DNA of 51,333 nucleotides. Source: Elusimicrobiaceae bacterium. GTDB lineage: Bacteria > Elusimicrobiota > Elusimicrobia > Elusimicrobiales > Elusimicrobiaceae. Where the stretch lies: positions 1-51,333 of the forward strand of contig JAFQAA010000030.1 in NCBI GenBank assembly GCA_017417005.1. The letters run 5' to 3'. Below, in pieces: positions 12,755-21,091 of this stretch (positions within the stretch are counted from its first letter, which is position 1; the number at the start of each line of letters is the position of its first letter). A model generated the notes under the pieces. It was not told where the DNA came from, did no database searches, and was given only the letters and a program-made list of their open reading frames with translations. The position numbers and the translations under genes are program-made.

Positions 12755-12769
12755 TTTATATACTATAAA
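12755..12769. promoter_or_regulatory. AT-rich inverted repeat TTTATA-TAC-TATAAA upstream of rubrerythrin (Fur/PerR-box-like)
   Basis: 6-bp arms with a 3-nt spacer, 17 nt upstream of the rbr ATG and just 5' of the GGAGGA RBS. AT-rich context lowers its significance. Confidence 0.25.
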
Positions 12770-12785
12770 TGTATGGAGGAAATTT

Positions 12786-13361
12786 ATGAAATCATTAAAA
12801 GGAACTAAAACAGAAAAAAATATTTTAACAGCTTTTGCAGGCGAATCTCAAGCAAGAAACAGATATACTTTCTTTGCCAGTAAAGCTAAAAAAGAAGGTT
12901 ATGTTCAAATTTCAAGAATATTTGAAGAAACAGCAAATCAAGAAAAAGAGCATGCAAAAAGACTTTTTAAATTTTTAGAAGGCGGCGATGTTGAGATTAT
13001 GGCTGCTTTCCCTGCCGGCGTTATCGGTAACACAGAAGAAAACCTTTTAGCTTCTGCTAATGGCGAAGATCATGAATGGCAGGAAATGTATCCCGAATTT
13101 GCCCAAGTTGCAAACGAAGAAGGCTTTCCTGAAATTGCCGCAGTAATGTTAAATATTGCCGTTGCAGAAAAGCAACACTCAAAAAGATATAAAGCGTTAA
13201 GAGATAATATTTTAAATAAAAAGGTTTTCAAAAAAGACCAAAAAATAAGATGGGTTTGTGCAAACTGCGGTTTTGTTCACGAGGGTGATAAAGCCCCTGA
13301 AAAATGCCCTGCTTGCGCCCACGAACAAGCTTATTTTGAAGTTTTGGCGGAAAACTGGTAA
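12786..13361 (+). CDS. rbr: Rubrerythrin
   Basis: The track ORF starts at 12747, but ATG 12786 (MKSLKGTKTEKNILTAFAGESQARNRY) follows a GGAGGA RBS. Four-helix diiron ligand motifs (ESQARNRY, EKEHAKRL, EKQHSKRY). C-terminal rubredoxin-like CANCG...CPAC. Confidence 0.93.
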   Translation: MKSLKGTKTEKNILTAFAGESQARNRYTFFASKAKKEGYVQISRIFEETANQEKEHAKRLFKFLEGGDVEIMAAFPAGVIGNTEENLLASANGEDHEWQEMYPEFAQVANEEGFPEIAAVMLNIAVAEKQHSKRYKALRDNILNKKVFKKDQKIRWVCANCGFVHEGDKAPEKCPACAHEQAYFEVLAENW

Positions 13362-13385
13362 TTATTTAGTCAAAATATAACTAGG

Positions 13386-13435
13386 GGGTAGTTATACTTG
13401 GCTTATAAAAGGGACTAAAAACCCTGGGTAGTTAT
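13386..13435. repeat. Two direct copies of GGGTAGTTAT, 40 bp apart, between rbr and dfx
   Basis: GGGTAGTTAT at 13386-13395 and 13426-13435, read directly. Confidence 0.85.
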
Positions 13436-13437
13436 CT

Positions 13438-13480
13438 AATAATGTGTCCCCCAATAAAAAAAGGGACACATTATTTTATA
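13438..13480 (+). terminator. Intrinsic terminator after rbr
   Basis: Perfect 13-bp stem AATAATGTGTCCC / GGGACACATTATT (13438-13450 and 13463-13475) followed by TTTA-rich sequence. Confidence 0.75.
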
Positions 13481-13508
13481 TATAACAAGCATAAAAGGAG
13501 AAAAGATT

Positions 13509-13889
13509 ATGAAACTAAATGATTTATATAAATGTTCTGTATGTGGTAATGTCGTGGAAATTACCCATGTTGGCGGTGGGGAACTTGTTTGTTGTTCTAA
13601 ACCAATGCTGGCTCTTGTAGCAAATACAGAAGAAGCTTCTACCGAAAAGCATATTCCTGTTATTGAAAAGACGGAAAAAGGATATTTGATTAAAGTGGGT
13701 TCCGTTCCTCATCCTATGGAAGAAAAACATTATATTGAGTTTATTGAAGTTTTCTCCCAAGATGGCAAAGTGGGTCGTAAATATCTAAAACCTGGCGATA
13801 AACCCGAAGCGGAGTTTTTATCTACCGGGGTAGAAATTATTAAAGCAAGAATTTATTGTAATATCCACGGCGTGTGGGAGAGTAAATAA
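13509..13889 (+). CDS. dfx: Desulfoferrodoxin (2Fe superoxide reductase)
   Basis: 126 aa. N-terminal desulforedoxin-type CSVCGN...VCCSKPM and a C-terminal neelaredoxin-type centre ([24 protein letters not shown]). AAGGAG RBS. Confidence 0.93.
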   Translation: MKLNDLYKCSVCGNVVEITHVGGGELVCCSKPMLALVANTEEASTEKHIPVIEKTEKGYLIKVGSVPHPMEEKHYIEFIEVFSQDGKVGRKYLKPGDKPEAEFLSTGVEIIKARIYCNIHGVWESK

Positions 13890-13892
13890 GCT

Positions 13893-15083
13893 ATGCAAGC
13901 CCTAAAAATAACAGATAAAGTTTACTGGGTAGGTGCTATTGATTGGAATATCAGAGATTTCCATGGCTACACTACAAACGAAGGAACAACTTATAATGCT
14001 TTTCTCATAGTAGATGAGAAAATAGTTTTAGTTGACAGCGTTAAACACGGCTTTTTTGAAGAAATGTCTTCCCGTATAAAAAGCGTTATAGGGGATAAAA
14101 AAATTGATATTTTTATTTCAAACCATGCTGAAATGGACCATAGCGGCAGTATTAGGCAAACTATAGCCGAGTTTAAACCAAGCAAAATTTATGCTTCTTT
14201 AACCGGGGTTAAAACTTTGCAAGAGCATTTTGGCACAATAGAAAACTTAGAAGGCCTTGCCGATGGCACAGAAGTAAATATCGGCAAAGAAACTTTAGTT
14301 TTTATGGATTCAAAAATGCTTCATTGGCCGGAAAGTATGATTTGTTTAATGAAGAACGAAAACTTGCTTTTCTCTAATGATATTTTTGGTATGCACTATG
14401 CCTCAAGCAAACATTTTGACGATGAGCTTGCCCAAGATATTTGGTTTAGGGAAGCAAAAAAATATTATGCCAATATCATTTTGCCTTATAGCAATATTGT
14501 TAAAGCGTTCTTGGCTAAAGTTAAGGCAAAAGGTATTGAGCCAAAAATTATTTGCCCGGACCACGGCATAATTTGGCGCAAAAATCCGCAGCAAATTATA
14601 GATTTATATGCTAAATTTGCCGAGCAAAAAGCCACCAAAAAAGCCCTTGTTATTTATGATACTATGTGGGGCAGCACGGCCAAAATGGCCGCAAGTATTA
14701 CAGATGGCCTTGCAAGCAAGGGTATAGAAGTTAAGGAATATTCTTTGCGCGCCACAAACAGAAGCGAAGTTGCCACAGAAATTTTAGATAGTGCTGCCTT
14801 AATTGTGGGGACACCGGTTTTAAATCAGGAAATGTATCCCTCACTCGGGGATACTTTAACTTATTTAAAAGGGCTTAAAAAAACAAATCTTTTAGGTATG
14901 GTTTTTGGTTCTTATGGCTGGAGCCCTATGGCAATTACAAATTTACAAAAATTTGTTGAAACTATGGGTGTTAAAATAGTTAAAGAACCTATAACTAGCA
15001 AATTTGTGCCGACAGAAGAAAAACTAAAAGAATGTTTTGAGGCTGGCGTTTTTATGGCAGAGGAAATAAACAAAAATTTATGA
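13893..15083 (+). CDS. fprA: Flavodiiron protein (FprA/ROO type O2/NO reductase)
   Basis: 396 aa. Metallo-beta-lactamase-like diiron motif NHAEMDHSGS (HxExDH) plus a C-terminal flavodoxin-like domain (VIYDTMWGSTAKMA). Confidence 0.92.
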   Translation: MQALKITDKVYWVGAIDWNIRDFHGYTTNEGTTYNAFLIVDEKIVLVDSVKHGFFEEMSSRIKSVIGDKKIDIFISNHAEMDHSGSIRQTIAEFKPSKIYASLTGVKTLQEHFGTIENLEGLADGTEVNIGKETLVFMDSKMLHWPESMICLMKNENLLFSNDIFGMHYASSKHFDDELAQDIWFREAKKYYANIILPYSNIVKAFLAKVKAKGIEPKIICPDHGIIWRKNPQQIIDLYAKFAEQKATKKALVIYDTMWGSTAKMAASITDGLASKGIEVKEYSLRATNRSEVATEILDSAALIVGTPVLNQEMYPSLGDTLTYLKGLKKTNLLGMVFGSYGWSPMAITNLQKFVETMGVKIVKEPITSKFVPTEEKLKECFEAGVFMAEEINKNL

Positions 15084-15598
15084 TAGATACCCGCGCTTTA
15101 GCAGATATGTCTTATGGCTTATTTATCATTGGTGCAAGAAAAGGCGAAAAGTTTAATGCTATGATAGCAAACTCCGTCTTTCAGGTGACAGCCGAGCCAC
15201 CAAAAATTGCCATTGCCTTAAATAAAAACTCTTTGACGCACGATTATATTAAAGCAACAGGCCTTTTTTGCGTGCAGGCAATAGAGCAAGGCGCAGATAT
15301 GCTCTTTATTGGCAATTTTGGCTTTAGAACAGGCAAAGACTATGATAAATTTGCTAAAGTATCTTATAAGTTAAGCGCGCAAGGTTTGCCTATAGTTTTA
15401 GATAATACTTTATCTTGGATGTCGGTAAAAGTGAACCAAGTTATTGACCTTGGCACGCACACAATGTTTATTGGTCTTGTGGAAGATACCCAGGTTATCA
15501 AAGAGGGCAAACCTTTAACTTACGATTATTATCAATGCGTTTTACGCGGCAAAACACCGCGCGGTGCAACAACATTTAAAGAAAATAAGGAGAAATAA
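15080..15598 (+). CDS. Flavin reductase-like (PF01613-type) NAD(P)H:flavin/rubredoxin oxidoreductase
   Basis: 172 aa. Pattern [18 protein letters not shown]...[10 protein letters not shown] typical of the flavin reductase domain. 4-nt overlap with fprA, and 2 nt upstream of rubredoxin. Confidence 0.8.
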   Translation: MIDTRALADMSYGLFIIGARKGEKFNAMIANSVFQVTAEPPKIAIALNKNSLTHDYIKATGLFCVQAIEQGADMLFIGNFGFRTGKDYDKFAKVSYKLSAQGLPIVLDNTLSWMSVKVNQVIDLGTHTMFIGLVEDTQVIKEGKPLTYDYYQCVLRGKTPRGATTFKENKEK

Positions 15599-15600
15599 TT

Positions 15601-15759
15601 ATGAAATATGTATGTGAAGTTTGTGGTTATGTTTATGACGAGGCTATTGGTGATCCGGATAATGGAATCCCTGCCGGCACAAAATGGGCTGATGTCAAAG
15701 CAGATTGGGTTTGCCCCGTTTGCGGCGTAGATAAAACCCAATTTAAAGAAGAAAATTAA
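15601..15759 (+). CDS. rub: Rubredoxin (52 aa, below the ORF-track length cutoff)
   Basis: My translation is [52 protein letters not shown], with the two CxxCG knuckles and the G.P..GI..GT.W..lP.dW.CP.CG signature. The reading frame was checked codon by codon to the TAA at 15757-15759. Confidence 0.92.
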   Translation: MKYVCEVCGYVYDEAIGDPDNGIPAGTKWADVKADWVCPVCGVDKTQFKEEN

Positions 15760-15780
15760 TTTTTTCTGTTTTCAGAAGTA

Positions 15781-15824
15781 AAAAAGAGCGCAGGTTTTAT
15801 CTCTAAAACTTGCGCTCTTTTATT
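15781..15824. terminator. Bidirectional intrinsic terminator between rubredoxin (+) and speB (-)
   Basis: Stem AGAGCGCAGG / ACTTGCGCTCT (15785-15794 and 15808-15818), flanked by an A-run 5' and a T-run 3'. Confidence 0.8.
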
Positions 15825-15837
15825 GTTAGAAAGAAAA

Positions 15838-16716
15838 TTATTTTTTCTTTGTTGCTAAATAACCCATTAAACGATATAAGAGTTTTGAAACATTAAACTC
15901 GGTTATATGCTGGCCTTTAATAGGTGCTGTTTCAACAATATCAACGGCGACAATGTTTTTCTTTTGGCAAACAGCTTTAAATAATTTCAATCCGTCATAC
16001 CAAGTAAAACCGCCCGGTTGCGGGGTGCCGGTGCCCGGCACTACGCTTGGGTCAAAGCCGTCAACATCTATCGTCATATAAACATCGTCGGTTAAATTCT
16101 TTAAAACCTGGGGTATTAGTTTATCAATATCCAAGTTTTCGTGCATAAAGAAAGTTTTAACATTACCGGTGTTTACATACTTTTTTTCTTCAAGGCCGAC
16201 GCTTCTGATACCAACTTGCACCACTTTAACTTTGCGGGAAGCAGGGTATAAGGCGCAAGCGTGGGAGCGCCTGTCGCCGAAATATTCTTCTCTTAAATCG
16301 GCATGGGCATCAAAATGTAAAACAGATAATTTTTTGCCGTATTTTTTGATATAAGGGTTAATTAAAGCTTGCGAAATAGAATGTTCCCCCCCCAAATAAA
16401 AGGGCAGGGCTGTTTGTTTGTCCATAAAGTTTTGGACATATTTTTCTATTCTCTTAAAAACGGCTTCCTCAGACCCTTTACAATCAATCGGTTTTAAGGT
16501 GTGTATGCCTTCTTTATAAGTTTCTGTTTTTGTTTCTTCGTCCCAAAGTTCAATTTGCGGGGAAGCATCAATAATTGCCTTTGGTCCTAATTTTGTGCCT
16601 CCGCCGTAAGAGACGGTTCTTTCATAAGGCACAGGTATCACAGCAAAACGGGAAGACTCTAAAGGAGTCTGTCCCGTTTCAACTTCAAGAAAATACTTCG
16701 CTTTTGGATGTATCAT
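15838..16716 (-). CDS. speB: Agmatinase (arginase/ureohydrolase family)
   Basis: 292 aa. Mn-binding motifs LGGEHSIS, LHFDAHADL and IDVDGFDPS. Lies 15 nt downstream of pdaD. Confidence 0.9.
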   Translation of the reverse strand: MIHPKAKYFLEVETGQTPLESSRFAVIPVPYERTVSYGGGTKLGPKAIIDASPQIELWDEETKTETYKEGIHTLKPIDCKGSEEAVFKRIEKYVQNFMDKQTALPFYLGGEHSISQALINPYIKKYGKKLSVLHFDAHADLREEYFGDRRSHACALYPASRKVKVVQVGIRSVGLEEKKYVNTGNVKTFFMHENLDIDKLIPQVLKNLTDDVYMTIDVDGFDPSVVPGTGTPQPGGFTWYDGLKLFKAVCQKKNIVAVDIVETAPIKGQHITEFNVSKLLYRLMGYLATKKK

Positions 16717-16731
16717 AAAAGAAGAAAAAAC

Positions 16732-17283
16732 TTACCTCACAAAAACGGCAGCAGCAACAACGGTTGTCCAAACGCCGTCAACACAGATGGCAGATTGGGT
16801 AATATTTGTTGTTTTAACAATTTTGCCGCTCATCTTCCAAATTTCTTCTTTTTGATTCCAGGTGGTATTGTTATCAAATTCAATACCAAGGGTGGTAGAT
16901 AACATCATAGCAGCCAAGTCTTCGGCGTAATCGCCGGCTTTTTGGTCTGCTTCGCCAAAACTATGGTGTTCGGAAATATAGCCGTGGGTGTTTCTATCTT
17001 TTGGGATAGCAAGGCCGACGGAGGCGGAAATTAAACGCCTGTTTTCATTGCTGGTATTGCGGCTGATAACGCAGTGCAATATTTGACCGGGATGTAATTT
17101 TTCAAGCCCTTTATTTACGGTTACAACCTTGCAGCGCGGCGGGAATATGCTTGATACCGGCACTAGATTGAATTTTGCAATTTTAGCATCTCTGAGGGCT
17201 TCCTCAAAGCTGGCTAATTTTTCTTTATGTCTGCCAACACCTTTTGTAAGGAAAATTTCCTTAGGAACAAACGCTTCGTACAT
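16732..17283 (-). CDS. pdaD: Pyruvoyl-dependent arginine decarboxylase
   Basis: 183 aa. LTKGVGRHKEKLASFEEAL and the self-processing VPVSSIFPP region typical of PdaD. Confidence 0.88.
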   Translation of the reverse strand: MYEAFVPKEIFLTKGVGRHKEKLASFEEALRDAKIAKFNLVPVSSIFPPRCKVVTVNKGLEKLHPGQILHCVISRNTSNENRRLISASVGLAIPKDRNTHGYISEHHSFGEADQKAGDYAEDLAAMMLSTTLGIEFDNNTTWNQKEEIWKMSGKIVKTTNITQSAICVDGVWTTVVAAAVFVR

Positions 17284-17312
17284 GTTTTTTTCGTCCTCTT
17301 TTTTATTATCTA

Positions 17313-17326
17313 CCCTTTTAAAAGGG
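17313..17326. promoter_or_regulatory. Perfect 14-bp palindrome CCCTTTTAAAAGGG in the divergent pdaD / M3-peptidase promoter region
   Basis: Read directly. The only GC-containing symmetric element in the 92-bp spacer. Confidence 0.3.
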
Positions 17327-17375
17327 ATAATTTATTTTATAAAATATTATAACAAAAATATAAGGAAGTTAAAAT

Positions 17376-19412
17376 ATGAAATTTTTAAAATTTATTTTAC
17401 CTTTGTTTTTTACCACTTTTTTACTAGCAGGAGAAAATGTTATGAATATGTATAATTCCGACGGAACTTTGCACTTTAATTATAAGGCTTCTGAGCTTGA
17501 ACCAAGCGAGCAAGCCGCAAGAAAAATTTTGGAAGCAGACCTCGCAAAAATTGTTGCCCTACCAAAAGAAAAGCGCACTTTTGAAAATACTTTGCTTGCT
17601 TACGACGAGGCCTTTGATAAATATGCAAAAGCCCTAGGACAAGCGGGCTTTCTTGCTTATGTCTCTACCGACGAGAAACTTAGAAACGCCGCCCTTGCTT
17701 TAGAAGAAAAAATCAGTAATTATATGGTAGAAGTAGCCACAAGAAAAGATATTTACCAAGCCTTCAAAGATTATGCGGATACTAACCCAAACTTACCTAA
17801 AATAGAAGCAAAAATGTTAAAAGATGCAATGATAGGTTTTAAAAAAAGCGGGTTAATGTTAGACGATAAAAACCTTGAAACTTTTAAAGATTTACAAAAA
17901 AAGAAATCAAAAAACGCTATAGAATTTTCCAAAAATATAAGGGAATATAAAGACACGCTTGCCGTGTCAAAAGAAGAGTTAAAAGGCCTTGGCCAAGATT
18001 ATATCAGTCGTCTTGAAAAAGATGAAAACGGCAAATATATCATAACTTTAAACTATCCCGATTATATACCCTTTATGTTAAATGCCGACGATGACGAAGC
18101 AAGAAGAAAGCTTGAAGAAAAATACTCCCGCCGCGGGGGCAAGCAAAATATTTCTTTACTGGAAGATAATTTGTTTTTGCGTTATCAGACGGCAAAATTG
18201 CTTGGCTATCCAACACACGCCCATAATCGCCTTGATACGCGTATGGCAAAAAACCCCAAAAATGTAATGAGTTTTTTACAAGATTTGGAAGCAAAATTAA
18301 AACCGCTTGCCAAAAAAGAACAAAAAGAACTTTTAAAATATAAGAACCAAAAAACCGGCCAGAAAACAAAAAAAATAGAAACTTGGCAAAGCGGCTATTG
18401 GTCCAACAAATATAAAAAAGAATATTATGATATTGATGCAGAAAAAATAAAAGAGTTTTTCCCCACCGACTATGTTATTAATAATATGCTGGAAATTTTT
18501 GGCAATTTATTTGACATTAAATTTGAAAAAGCAAATATTGATACCTGGCACAAAGAGGTAGTTGCCTACAAAGTTATTGATAAGGAAAAAAAGCAAATAA
18601 TTGCTTATGTTTATATGGATCTTTACCCGCGCGAAGGCAAATATAAACACGCCGCCTGTTTTGATTTAGTTAGCGGTAAGGAATTAAAAGACGGCTCTTA
18701 TCAAAAGCCGTTTACGGCGATTGTGGCAAATTTAAATCCCCCCTCTAAAGATACGCCTTCTCTTCTTAAACACGACGAGGTTGAAACCCTTTTCCACGAG
18801 TTTGGCCATGTTTTGCATAATGTTTTAACGGAAGCAAAATATTCTTCTATTTCCGGCACGGCAACAAGTATGGATTTTGTGGAAGTTCCCTCCCAAATGC
18901 TTGAAAATTGGGTTTGGCAACCACAAGTTTTAAAGAAAATTTCCAAGCATTATAAAACAGGCAAACCTTTAGACGATGAAACTATTAACAAAATGATTGC
19001 CGCAAAACAATATGCAACGGGCTCTTTTTATTTAAGGCAGAACTTTCTTGCGCAAATTGATATGCGCTATCATCTTGCTAAAAAGAAACTTGATTCAACA
19101 AAATATTGGTCTAAATATTCTAAAAAAATTAGAGGCGTGCCTTTAAGAGAAGGCGCTTATCCCCAGGCAAGTTTTGATCATATTATGGGCGGTTATGACG
19201 CCGGTTATTATGGCTATTTGTGGGCCGAAGTTATCGCCCAGGATTTCTTTAGTGAATTTGAAAAACACGGCATTTTTAATAAAGATATAGGCAAAAAATA
19301 CCGCAAAGAAATTTTAGCTGTCGGTGGCAGTTATGAGGAAGAGGAATTAGTCAAAAATTTCCTCGGCAGGAAAGTTTCTAACAAGCCCTTTTTAAAGGGT
19401 ATAGGTTTTTAG
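17376..19412 (+). CDS. Secreted M3-family oligopeptidase (thimet oligopeptidase / Dcp-like)
   Basis: 678 aa. Signal peptide MKFLKFILPLFFTTFLLAG, zinc motif LFHEFGHVLHN with a downstream E (VEVPSQMLENW), and C-terminal GGYDAGYYGYLW typical of M3. Confidence 0.9.
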   Translation: MKFLKFILPLFFTTFLLAGENVMNMYNSDGTLHFNYKASELEPSEQAARKILEADLAKIVALPKEKRTFENTLLAYDEAFDKYAKALGQAGFLAYVSTDEKLRNAALALEEKISNYMVEVATRKDIYQAFKDYADTNPNLPKIEAKMLKDAMIGFKKSGLMLDDKNLETFKDLQKKKSKNAIEFSKNIREYKDTLAVSKEELKGLGQDYISRLEKDENGKYIITLNYPDYIPFMLNADDDEARRKLEEKYSRRGGKQNISLLEDNLFLRYQTAKLLGYPTHAHNRLDTRMAKNPKNVMSFLQDLEAKLKPLAKKEQKELLKYKNQKTGQKTKKIETWQSGYWSNKYKKEYYDIDAEKIKEFFPTDYVINNMLEIFGNLFDIKFEKANIDTWHKEVVAYKVIDKEKKQIIAYVYMDLYPREGKYKHAACFDLVSGKELKDGSYQKPFTAIVANLNPPSKDTPSLLKHDEVETLFHEFGHVLHNVLTEAKYSSISGTATSMDFVEVPSQMLENWVWQPQVLKKISKHYKTGKPLDDETINKMIAAKQYATGSFYLRQNFLAQIDMRYHLAKKKLDSTKYWSKYSKKIRGVPLREGAYPQASFDHIMGGYDAGYYGYLWAEVIAQDFFSEFEKHGIFNKDIGKKYRKEILAVGGSYEEEELVKNFLGRKVSNKPFLKGIGF

Positions 19413-19535
19413 AGGCTTCGTCTTTTTGGGATTTTTTGTTTGCTTATTTTTTGCTAGAATGAGCTATCTTTGCGCTTGCTTTTTATCTCTTAAAGTGCTA
19501 TAACATTTTTAGAGATAAAAAAGGGGTCAAAAAAT

Positions 19536-21002
19536 ATGAGAACCAATCCTCATGTTTTAGAAGTTAATGCAAAACTTTGGTTTAATAAAATCAAAAGGGA
19601 TATTGGTCGTCAAATAACATTGTCCGATATTCCGGAAAGTTATATCGTCAAAATGAAAGCTGCCGGCTTTGATGCCCTTTGGCTAATGGGTATCTGGCAG
19701 GAAAGCCCAACTTCCCGCCAAATTGCCCGCACCGACGGCCCTATAAATAATTACCTAAAAAAAATTGTGCCCGATTATAATACCGAAGATATTTTTGGTT
19801 CGCCTTATTCCATTTGTTCCTATAAGGTTGATGATTATTTTGGCACAAAAGAAGACCTTTTAAAATTTAAAGCAAAACTGAACGAAAACGGCATTGCCTT
19901 GATTTTAGATTTCGTCGGCAATCACTTTTCTGTTGACCATCCTTTAACCTGGCAACAGCCGGAACTTTTTATTAACTCTAAAGAAAACCCCGGCGATAAG
20001 GAGCTTTTTTATCAAAATAGAAACGGCGTTTGGCTTGCCCACGGCAAAGACCCCTATTATGCCCCGTGGACAGATAGCGTGCAGCTTAACCTTTTTAACC
20101 CAAAAACAAGGCAAATGCTGGAAGAAACTTTAATGCAGGTTTGCCCCCTTTGCGATGGCCTTAGATGTGATATGGTTATGCTGATGCTTAATAAAATTCA
20201 CAAGGAAATTTGGGGCAAATACCTTAAATTTGATACCCCATACGAAGAATTTTGGCCCGGAGTTATAGAAAAAGTTAAGGAAAAATACCCTTCTTTTACC
20301 TTTATTGCCGAAGTTTACTGGGGTCTTGAATCAGAAGTTCAGGCCTTGGGTTTTGATTTTACCTATGATAAAATTTTGTATGATAGGCTTTTATTTTCCA
20401 ATGCTTCACAAATTGCCGCACATTTGGGGGCGGAGCATCTTTATCAAAAAAGAACCATAAGATTTATCGCAAATCACGACGAGGAAGCCCCCTTAACAGC
20501 TTTTGGCTCAACGGAAAAATCTTTTGCCGCAGCAGCCGTTGCTTATACTTTATCGGGGGCAAGGCTTTTTACTTCTTCGCAAATTTATGGCGATAAACAC
20601 CGCCTGCCTATTCAATATCAGCCGCAAACGATGCCTATTGATATAGAAGTTAAAACTTTCTATATGAAGTTTTTGGATACTATTAACCACCCTTGTTTCC
20701 ACGGCGGTCAATGGGCTTTAAAAGCAGCAAAACCTTGCGATGACACAAATATGTCCTATCAAAATATTTTAACTTGGACCTGGACGCAAAACACCACCTG
20801 TAAAGTTGTGGTTATTAATTATAGTGCGCAAAATTCTAAATTTAAAATTTGTATAGATAAGTTGCCTAAAACGGATAATATCCTTTTAAAAGATGAATTT
20901 TTAGATAATTTTATTTCGGCTTCTTATGAAGATTTAAAAAATAAAGGCCTTGAAATTGAACTTGCCCCTTATGAGTTTAAAATATATTCCGTTGATTTTT
21001 AA
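19536..21002 (+). CDS. Cytoplasmic GH13 (alpha-amylase family) enzyme
   Basis: 488 aa with no signal peptide. All four GH13 regions are visible: LDFVGNHFS, GLRCDMVML, FIAEVYW and FIANHDE. Confidence 0.85.
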   Translation: MRTNPHVLEVNAKLWFNKIKRDIGRQITLSDIPESYIVKMKAAGFDALWLMGIWQESPTSRQIARTDGPINNYLKKIVPDYNTEDIFGSPYSICSYKVDDYFGTKEDLLKFKAKLNENGIALILDFVGNHFSVDHPLTWQQPELFINSKENPGDKELFYQNRNGVWLAHGKDPYYAPWTDSVQLNLFNPKTRQMLEETLMQVCPLCDGLRCDMVMLMLNKIHKEIWGKYLKFDTPYEEFWPGVIEKVKEKYPSFTFIAEVYWGLESEVQALGFDFTYDKILYDRLLFSNASQIAAHLGAEHLYQKRTIRFIANHDEEAPLTAFGSTEKSFAAAAVAYTLSGARLFTSSQIYGDKHRLPIQYQPQTMPIDIEVKTFYMKFLDTINHPCFHGGQWALKAAKPCDDTNMSYQNILTWTWTQNTTCKVVVINYSAQNSKFKICIDKLPKTDNILLKDEFLDNFISASYEDLKNKGLEIELAPYEFKIYSVDF

Positions 21003-21091
21003 AAAATTTATAAAGAATAAAAAATGTCGGTTTTTCGGTGCTTTTTCTGAAAAAGACGGCTTATTTTTACTAAAATAAAACAGGAGAAATA

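Noticed and set aside
12747-12785. Upstream starts offered by the ORF track: 12747 for rbr, 35319 for uvrB and 34278 for the thioesterase.
   Set aside because: The conserved N-termini begin at internal ATGs (12786, 35388, 34236). For rbr, a GGAGGA RBS precedes the internal ATG. The extensions are hydrophobic or AT-rich read-through.
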